Both the position numbers and the translations under genes were made by a program. A stretch of DNA of 64,000 nt from an uncultured delta proteobacterium (GTDB lineage Bacteria; Desulfobacterota; Binatia; UBA9968), in contig CAVSHR010000004.1 of the NCBI GenBank assembly GCA_963727625.1, positions 928,001 to 992,000 of the forward strand, given 5' to 3'. A model generated the notes under the pieces. That model ran no database searches and was not told where the DNA came from. It saw only the letters and a list, made by a program, of their open reading frames with translations. This document shows positions 57,280 through 64,000 of this stretch, piece after piece (the stretch's first letter is position 1; each line of letters begins with the position of its first letter).

Positions 57280-58257
57280 CTATTTACCGCTTGCTTCGCG
57301 CTTCACCTCCCTGAGGAAACTAAAATCGGCGACCTTGTCGATCGGGATTTCACCGATTTTTTTGTCGCGCCGGCGGATAAGGTCGAAATGGACTTTCAAT
57401 TGTTTTTCTCCGATGATGCCGTCTTCATTAAGCGCTTTGATGATTCGTTGATAGGACTCCTGGGCGATCTCGGAGTCGACTTTCCATTCGTTTTGAATCA
57501 CGTCGATAGTTCCCTCGGGATTGTCCTTGGCGTAGCGCAAGCCACGATAGAGCGCCCTCACGACTTTTTTAACTTCGTCCGGATGCTCCTTGATACGCTG
57601 GTCCGTGGTGGCATAGCCGTTACTGGCAAACTCGACCACGTCGCCGACGAATGAGACGACATGGTAGCCCTCGCGTTTGAGAATGGCGACGGCGGGCACC
57701 GGTACGATGATCGCGCTCACCGATCCCGCGCGCAGCGCGGCCATCCGGGTGCCCTCGGAACCAATCTGAATGAGCACGGCATCTTTTTCCGGTTCAATGC
57801 CGAAGTGCCTGAGCACCAGGCGCGCCGAAAGATCGGAGGTGCCGCCGAACTGGCTGACTCCCACTCGTTTGCCCTTAAGCTCGGCCACCGAGTTAATGTC
57901 TTTTTGTGCCACTAAAAAATACATGGGGCGGTCGGCGCCGTAAAAGATCACTTTCAGCGGCAAGCCGCGCGCAGCCAGACGTAGGGCTGAATCAGCCAGG
58001 CCGTGATACTGCACCTCTCCCGCTAAAAGCGCGTTTTGCGCAATCGACGGCCGCAGCCGCGGCAGCTCGATGTCCAACCCCTCGTCTTTGAAAAACCCTC
58101 GATGCACCGCGACAAACAGCGGCAGGTAGCCCATCGAATTCCCCGGCAGCGCGAACTTGATGGCATCGGCGGCCAACGCAGAAACATTCGTACCCGCGAA
58201 ATTTACGGCAAAAGCGACGGCAGCGATCACGAGACAGCGAGAAAAACGTCTTTGCAT
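57280..58257 (-). CDS. ABC substrate-binding protein, NMT1/SsuA family
   Basis: GFFKDEGLD, ELKGKRVGVS..GG.SD. Confidence 0.85.
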   Translation of the reverse strand: MQRRFSRCLVIAAVAFAVNFAGTNVSALAADAIKFALPGNSMGYLPLFVAVHRGFFKDEGLDIELPRLRPSIAQNALLAGEVQYHGLADSALRLAARGLPLKVIFYGADRPMYFLVAQKDINSVAELKGKRVGVSQFGGTSDLSARLVLRHFGIEPEKDAVLIQIGSEGTRMAALRAGSVSAIIVPVPAVAILKREGYHVVSFVGDVVEFASNGYATTDQRIKEHPDEVKKVVRALYRGLRYAKDNPEGTIDVIQNEWKVDSEIAQESYQRIIKALNEDGIIGEKQLKVHFDLIRRRDKKIGEIPIDKVADFSFLREVKREASGK

Positions 58258-58395
58258 TACACGAGCCTCCCAAACTGATGCTAGAGCCTAAGCAACGAAA
58301 TTTATCGAAACAATTTTCGCCTAACACGCGCGTTTCGTTGAGTCAAGGCTGACAGCGGGACAATGCGGTGCATCCGATCGAGCCCGCGCCGATAA

Positions 58396-60132
58396 TCAAA
58401 CATGGGGTCGCTCGCTCCGCCTCAACGCTTCCGTCGAGCGACGATCCACAGACATGGTTTGGACATCGATGGCCACCCCGTAATCTTCGCGCGCGCCAGC
58501 GATCGACACATAGCCGTCGAGCACATCGCCGAGCACCAACTCCGGATCGCGTTCGAACGGATCCCCGTAGCCGCCGCCGGCATTCATATTGACTCGCACG
58601 ACATCACCCGGCTTGAGCGGGGCTTCGCGAGCCGTCTCCGGCAGCTCCTCTCCATTTACGGCGTAGGCGCCGGTGCGCGCAGCTTTGCCGCCGAGCACGC
58701 CCCAGGGAGGGAATTTGCTGCGCATATCGCCCTTGCCTCGCACGCGCACGGCAGCATCTTCAAGTAATTGATATTCGCGCGTGCAGCCGAGGCCGCCGCG
58801 AAATTTTCCCGGCCCACCCGAGTCCGTGCGCACGTCGAAACGCAGGACACGCATGGGAAATTCGGTTTCGTGGATTTCGATAGGCCCCGGACGAAACTGG
58901 CCGACGCCAAGCGTCCCATGAATCAGGGACACGCCGTCTTGCTTGCTGCTGCCGCCCAAGGCAGTGTCGAGTAATTCCATGAAAACCCAGGCCGTGCCGC
59001 TGCTGGAGCCAGCGCTGGTGATGCGCACCCCGCCCCCTCCGCCTGAGGAGCCTACCGCTCGCTCAGGAAGGAATTTCCCCAAGGCATGCAGCACCACGTC
59101 GGCAGTGAGATAAGCCAACGGCACGTAATAGGACACCGGCGCGCCCATGCGCGGGCAGACGATGGTGCCTTCTTTAAACTTTGTCCGCACCACATCGACA
59201 AAGCCGTGATTGAACGGGAGGCTGGCATCGGTCATCGCCATCAATCCGAAGTAACAAGTGTTCTTGATCAACGCCGGCGTGACGTTGACCGGGCCGCGCG
59301 CCTGGTCGTCGGACGCGCTGAAGTCGAAGAGAATGTCGTCGTGTTTTTTCTCCACGATGACGTGAACCCGGCGCGGCCGGTCGTGGCTGATGCCGTCGTG
59401 GTCGAGCAAGCCCTCGGCTTCATGTCTGCCATCCGGCATCGCCGCCAAAGCGGTTCGCAACTGCCCGGCGACCCGCGCCATCAGCTCGACACAGCCGTCG
59501 CGCACGGTGTCGACGCCGAAGCGATTGCAGAGCTCGCGCATGCGCTCGGCGCCGACGCGGCAGGCTGCCACCTGGCCGCGCAAATCGCCCAGGGTCTCCA
59601 CGGGAATGCGGCTGTTGGCGGCAATGAATCGCTCGATCTCCGGGTTGACCTTGCCGCGGGAATAGAGCTTGGTCGGTGGAATAACCAGACCTTCCTCCCA
59701 AATATCCCGTGCCAGCGTCGCGGCGCGCGGCCCGCCCAAGTCCGCCTTGTGCGCCAGCGTCGCGGTGAAACCGACAAGCTTGCCGGAGACGAACACCGGC
59801 ATCAGAATCACCGTATCATTGGGATGGGTGACGTTGCCGGCGTAGGGATGGTTAAAAACGATGACATCACCATCTTCAAGATCTTCACGCTGGTAATAGC
59901 GCGGCAGATGCTCGGCCACCGCCGCGAAGGAGCCGAAGTGCAGCGGCAACTTTTTCGACACCGCGACGGTGCGCAGCTCGGCGTCGAGCAACCCGGCGCT
60001 GCCGTCCTCGGACTCGCGCAGCACCGTCGAGTAGCCGCTGTGAAACAGCACGACCCGCATCTCTTCGATGATGCTGGTGACTTTAGAGTGAATGAGCTCC
60101 AGAGTTATAGGATCGAGATCAGCCATCGTCAT
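58396..60132 (-). CDS. hydantoinase B/oxoprolinase family protein
   Basis: DPITLE, S..LRE..D, H.ND, HKAD.GG, DSGGPG.FRGG, GGGYGDP. Confidence 0.92.
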   Translation of the reverse strand: MTMADLDPITLELIHSKVTSIIEEMRVVLFHSGYSTVLRESEDGSAGLLDAELRTVAVSKKLPLHFGSFAAVAEHLPRYYQREDLEDGDVIVFNHPYAGNVTHPNDTVILMPVFVSGKLVGFTATLAHKADLGGPRAATLARDIWEEGLVIPPTKLYSRGKVNPEIERFIAANSRIPVETLGDLRGQVAACRVGAERMRELCNRFGVDTVRDGCVELMARVAGQLRTALAAMPDGRHEAEGLLDHDGISHDRPRRVHVIVEKKHDDILFDFSASDDQARGPVNVTPALIKNTCYFGLMAMTDASLPFNHGFVDVVRTKFKEGTIVCPRMGAPVSYYVPLAYLTADVVLHALGKFLPERAVGSSGGGGGVRITSAGSSSGTAWVFMELLDTALGGSSKQDGVSLIHGTLGVGQFRPGPIEIHETEFPMRVLRFDVRTDSGGPGKFRGGLGCTREYQLLEDAAVRVRGKGDMRSKFPPWGVLGGKAARTGAYAVNGEELPETAREAPLKPGDVVRVNMNAGGGYGDPFERDPELVLGDVLDGYVSIAGAREDYGVAIDVQTMSVDRRSTEALRRSERPHV

Positions 60133-60171
60133 TATTCTGACTCCCTTGATTGGCGGCTTTTGCCCGCTTTA

Positions 60172-61422
60172 TCAATTTCCTGTTCTGATCAATTCCAACG
60201 GAAACTTGTTGAGACAGCGCGGGCCGGTTGCTTCGATCGCAAAGAAGTCGCCGACAAACAGACCGCGTGTGTGGCTCGGGTCGACGATATGCATCTGCAA
60301 AGTGAACACATGGCCGGGTTGGTAGACCAGCCGTCCGTCTTGATCGAAAAGATAGCGATCCTCGGCGCTCTGAACCCGGTCAAAGCCGATTTGCGGCTCG
60401 TGGCGTGGATTGGCGCCGAGCATGCCCTGGAGAAAGCCCCCGTAAAATTCGAAGCCGGTGTCGCGAATGAATTCCATCGCCGCGATCGAATCGTCGCTGC
60501 TCTTCCCCGGGTAAAGCGTCGGCACCAGCCGGCGGTAGCCCTCCTGGGCGACCTCGAACAGCGCTTGGTACTCTGCCGTCACATCGCCGGTCACGACCGG
60601 CCGGCCGCACTGGGCTTCGTAGCCGTTGTAGAAAATCCCCAGCTCGTTGTTGATGATATCGCGGTCACCGATGATCCGCTGCACCGGACGGGGCCGCTGA
60701 TCGTTAACGTCGGGATCGAGCATGGAGCAAGAGCCGATCTGAATCATGCCCATCTCGCCGCCTGCCTTGAGCACCGCTTCGTGGACGATGCCAAACACCT
60801 CCCCTTCGGTCATTCCCGGCTTCACCCGCTCCCGCATGGCTCTCAGGCCGATATCACCCAGCTCCGCCGAGCGTTCGAGAAATTGAATCTCCTCGGCGCT
60901 CTTCAACAGGCGCAAAGCGATAAATTCTTTGGTCACGAAGACAAACTGCGCCCGGGGCAGATTGGCCGTAAAGAATTCCCAGTGATTCTTCGGAATCGAG
61001 GTGTAGGGATCGTATTCGACGATGCCGATGCGCCCCTTGTCGTAGCCGCGGTCTTTGATTTCGTTGACGATCGCGCCGAGCACGCTTGGCTTGCCGACGA
61101 TCACGTTGCGCACCGCGGTGCGCGCCAGCATGCCCCCGGCCAACGAATGCCCCGGACGAGTCACCACCGCGGGCTCGCCCTCCTTCGGAAAAAAGCAGTA
61201 GGTGGCCATCTCCGCCTTGCCCATCATGTTGGTGACGTAGCGCAGGTTAAACCACAGCCGCCCGTAGGCAGCGGAGCCGCCGACGATCAGCAGACAATCG
61301 AGATTGAGCCCGCGCATCATCTTGCGGATGTTGGCGTAGCGCCGTTCGTACTCGGCCTTGGAAAAGCGCGGGTAGGGAAAGCGCTTTTGCATGCGCTCCA
61401 GTTCTTCGTTCGTTAGCAGCAT
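60172..61422 (-). CDS. M24-fold protein (divergent, lacks typical metal ligands)
   Basis: FS..EY.RR, N.RY.TN, R..KS.EEI, KPGMTE, GY.AQ..R. Confidence 0.75.
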   Translation of the reverse strand: MLLTNEELERMQKRFPYPRFSKAEYERRYANIRKMMRGLNLDCLLIVGGSAAYGRLWFNLRYVTNMMGKAEMATYCFFPKEGEPAVVTRPGHSLAGGMLARTAVRNVIVGKPSVLGAIVNEIKDRGYDKGRIGIVEYDPYTSIPKNHWEFFTANLPRAQFVFVTKEFIALRLLKSAEEIQFLERSAELGDIGLRAMRERVKPGMTEGEVFGIVHEAVLKAGGEMGMIQIGSCSMLDPDVNDQRPRPVQRIIGDRDIINNELGIFYNGYEAQCGRPVVTGDVTAEYQALFEVAQEGYRRLVPTLYPGKSSDDSIAAMEFIRDTGFEFYGGFLQGMLGANPRHEPQIGFDRVQSAEDRYLFDQDGRLVYQPGHVFTLQMHIVDPSHTRGLFVGDFFAIEATGPRCLNKFPLELIRTGN

Positions 61423-61441
61423 CGGTTCCCTCAAGGAGCTT

Positions 61442-62557
61442 TTACTCGATTTTGTACAAACGCGCGCAGTTGTCCCACAGGATCTTCCGCCGGTTGTTCT
61501 CGGTCAAGCCGCCGACCTCGAGAAATTCATCGATCGCGTGGGGAAAGTGCGCGTCGATGTGCGGGTAGTCCGTGGACACGACCAGATTGTCGTCGCCCAG
61601 CCGCTTGACAACGTCAGTGACCAGATATTCGTCCGGGTCCACCGAGATGAAACATTGCTCGAGAAAATACTCGCTCGGCTGACGTGACAGCGGCACGTCA
61701 GCCAGCGGGCCGTGAAGTTTTGCTCGCTCGTCAAGCCGATACAGCAGCCAGGGGAGCCAGGCGCAGTTGCCTTCCAAAAACGCTACCCGGAGCTTGGAAA
61801 ACTTTTCCAGTACGCCGCCGGCGCAGAAGCTCGACACCGCTTGAATCAGCTCGACGGGATTACGCAGCGCGAGTGCGATGATGTTGGCGTTGGGATGGCC
61901 GAAAAATTTGTTCGCCACTTGGTCTTGCTTAGGCCGCGCCGGCGGATGAAAGCACAGCGCGACACCAAGCTGTTCGATTTCCGCCCAAAGCGGATCGAAG
62001 CAGCGGTCATGAATCCGCCTGCCGTTGATCGGCTCGGGACAAAGAGACAGTGCCCGGATGCCTAGCTGACCGACGACGCGCCGTACTTCGTCGACCGCGA
62101 GATCGACATCGTGGAGCGTAATCAGGGCCGACGCTTTGAGCCTTTGCGGGTTCTCTTTGCAAAAATCCGCAATCCAGTCGTTCCACGCCTTACACAGATC
62201 GTTGGCGTACTCGGGCTCTAGGGTTTCGTCGCAGTGCAGCGGTGAGGTGCGAAACAAGACTGCCATGTCCAAGCCTTCCCGGTCCATCGCTTCCAGCTGC
62301 GACACCGAGTCGTAGTCCCGGGCCACGGCAAAATCATAGCGATCGGCCACCTGCTTTTGGCCATGATCGATCACGTCGGTGATCGCTCGCAAGGTTTCTT
62401 TACCGCCGCCCAACTTGAACTCGACCCGGCCATGTTTGCCGTTTCTCTGTCCACGCGGGATCCGCTCGCCCCACTTGGGGTTCATGTATTTCTCGTAGAG
62501 AAACGCCGGATCGTAAACATGCATGTCGCTGTCAAAGGCGCGCAATCCATTATTCAT
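61442..62557 (-). CDS. amidohydrolase_2 family protein (ACMSD/LigW-like)
   Basis: D.D.H, MD.EG.D, WNDW, FH, FLE....W, STDYPH.D. Confidence 0.9.
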   Translation of the reverse strand: MNNGLRAFDSDMHVYDPAFLYEKYMNPKWGERIPRGQRNGKHGRVEFKLGGGKETLRAITDVIDHGQKQVADRYDFAVARDYDSVSQLEAMDREGLDMAVLFRTSPLHCDETLEPEYANDLCKAWNDWIADFCKENPQRLKASALITLHDVDLAVDEVRRVVGQLGIRALSLCPEPINGRRIHDRCFDPLWAEIEQLGVALCFHPPARPKQDQVANKFFGHPNANIIALALRNPVELIQAVSSFCAGGVLEKFSKLRVAFLEGNCAWLPWLLYRLDERAKLHGPLADVPLSRQPSEYFLEQCFISVDPDEYLVTDVVKRLGDDNLVVSTDYPHIDAHFPHAIDEFLEVGGLTENNRRKILWDNCARLYKIE

Positions 62558-62573
62558 AAAATCCTCTCGGGAA

Positions 62574-62651
62574 TTGGAGTGGTGGAGTTTTGGAATACTG
62601 GAGTATTGGCAAACCCATCATTCCAACACTCCATTACTCCAGCACTCCAAT
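62574..62651. repeat. GGAGTNNT-octamer palindromic element (empty copy, four units per arm)
   Basis: tt ggagtggt ggagtttt ggaatact ggagtatt gg-caaac-cca tcattcca acactcca ttactcca gcactcca a. Confidence 0.85.
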
Positions 62652-62656
62652 CTCGG

Positions 62657-63610
62657 CTATTTCTTGCTACTCAACGCCTTCTGCACCTCGCGTATCAGCT
62701 TGAAGTCCGCGACCTCCGAATTCGCCACCGGCCGCTCGATCTTCATCGTTTTGCGTCCCTGGTCGACCACCAGTTTGAGGCCGCTATCGGAGATCGTCCC
62801 GTCCTCGCTGAAAATCTTCCAGGTTGCATCGTAAGTCGCCGCCGCACTTTCCCGATCGACCTTGATCCAATCCATCATCGTCTGAATCGTCCCCTCGCGA
62901 TTCGACCGCACGAAGCGATTGGCGCGCAGCAGGGCTTTGAGCATGCGCTTGACTTCGTCGGGCTTCTCTTTGAGTTTTTTTAAATGGGTGCCGAGCCCGG
63001 TGAACGGGAGTTTGAAATGTTCGTAGAAACGCGACAACACATGATAACCCTGCCGCTGTGCGTCCGTGTCAGTGGGCGGGGACAAAACCGCGACGTCGAC
63101 AATCCCCTCTTTCAAGGCCGCATAGCGCGATCGCTCGCCGCCAAGAGGAACAATCTTCAGCTCTTTTTCCGGATCGAGCCCGCCCTGCCTCATCATCATG
63201 CGCGCCGCCACGTCCGAGGTTGCGCCGAACGTGCTGACGGCGAGCGTCTTGCCCTTTAAATCACGAATCGATTTGTACTGGGGCCGGGCGATCAGCAGAT
63301 GCGTCGAGCTGTCCATGAAGCTCGCCACCACCCTCATCGGCATGCCGCGCAGCGCGCCGCGCACCACTGAGGCAAAAACCATCGTGTAATCAATATCGCC
63401 GGTGCTGAGCGCCGTCACCGATACGTTGGCGTTCATCCGGATAAGTTCCACTTCCAGGCCTTCGTCGCGAAACATGCCGCGCTTGAGCGCTACCCCCGAT
63501 GTGAGAAAGGACACGTCGACGGCCGAAATCGACATACGAACCTTATCCGCGGCGCTCGCTGTTCCCGCGGCCAGCAACAACGCTAAAACAACAACCGTCT
63601 TTCGTCTCAT
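62657..63610 (-). CDS. ABC substrate-binding protein, NMT1/SsuA family
   Basis: signal peptide; GMFRDEGLEVE, DLKGK.LAVS.FG. Confidence 0.85.
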   Translation of the reverse strand: MRRKTVVVLALLLAAGTASAADKVRMSISAVDVSFLTSGVALKRGMFRDEGLEVELIRMNANVSVTALSTGDIDYTMVFASVVRGALRGMPMRVVASFMDSSTHLLIARPQYKSIRDLKGKTLAVSTFGATSDVAARMMMRQGGLDPEKELKIVPLGGERSRYAALKEGIVDVAVLSPPTDTDAQRQGYHVLSRFYEHFKLPFTGLGTHLKKLKEKPDEVKRMLKALLRANRFVRSNREGTIQTMMDWIKVDRESAAATYDATWKIFSEDGTISDSGLKLVVDQGRKTMKIERPVANSEVADFKLIREVQKALSSKK

Positions 63611-63818
63611 GATCTTTCCCTTTGATCCATGAAGAATTTATTGGTGCCTAACGGAGCGCCTTAACCAGATCATCGACTCCGAAATTACAAATTTGACAAG
63701 CACAACGCCTTCGGTTAACTAACGACTTTGTAGTGAGAAGTGACTCACAGATAGCAGAAGGATCGGGTCTGGAGCAACAATTCTCGCCGGGCGGAAACGA
63801 AATATTTCGGAGGTCGCC

Positions 63819-64000
63819 ATGAATGACGCAATACCTGACATCGAAGAGCTCGATCGCCGTCTGGCGGAAAAACAGATTTCCGGCATCTGGCGCATTCCCG
63901 CCGGCGCTCGCCCGGGCGATCCCAAGACGAAAATTCAACCTTATCTTTGGAAGTGGGCCGACATCTACGACGGCCTCGTCCAGGCGCGCGATCAGATTCG
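63819..64000 (+). CDS. probable gentisate 1,2-dioxygenase-like cupin, 3'-truncated by the window edge
   Basis: GGAGG RBS, then MNDAIPDIEELDRRLAEKQISGIW...PYLWKWADIY; the P..W.W pattern is typical of this family's N-terminus. Confidence 0.55.
   Translation, partial: MNDAIPDIEELDRRLAEKQISGIWRIPAGARPGDPKTKIQPYLWKWADIYDGLVQARDQI

Noticed and set aside
59086-61416. 776-aa + strand ORF
   Set aside because: Antisense shadow of the hydantoinase B and M24 genes; no recognisable motifs; expected in GC-rich DNA
62574-62651. CRISPR array
   Set aside because: 8-bp units with no spacers, and no cas genes

Overview
GC-rich bacterial window. The abundance of NMT1/SsuA-like and AfuA/FbpA-like solute-binding proteins, LLM, VOC, M24, amidohydrolase and Mo-hydroxylase genes resembles Candidatus Binatia/Deltaproteobacteria-like genomes (inference). 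It contains: a partial thiI; an Fe(III)/polyamine-type ABC transporter with four tandem paralogous binding proteins; a ynbA/ynbB/plsC lipid cluster; catabolic clusters (HDO/CADD-like oxidase, 3-hydroxyanthranilate dioxygenase-like, VOC, racemase, xanthine-dehydrogenase-family trio, UbiD, opine dehydrogenase, enolase, hydantoinase B); and an accessory island at ~32.1-42.0 kb. The island holds hicAB bracketed by a duplicated gene 3' end, IS630 and IS1634 with visible TIRs/TSDs, pseudogenes, a TIR-zinc-ribbon gene and degenerate attC-like motifs. The most striking unexplained structure is a four-helix-bundle (23S-IVS/Avd-like) gene enclosed by inverted arrays of GGAGTNNT octamers, wedged between a stop codon and the next RBS, with 'empty' hairpin copies of the same element elsewhere in the window. 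No rRNA, tRNA or CRISPR array was seen. All calls come from motif recognition by eye; no database searches were run.
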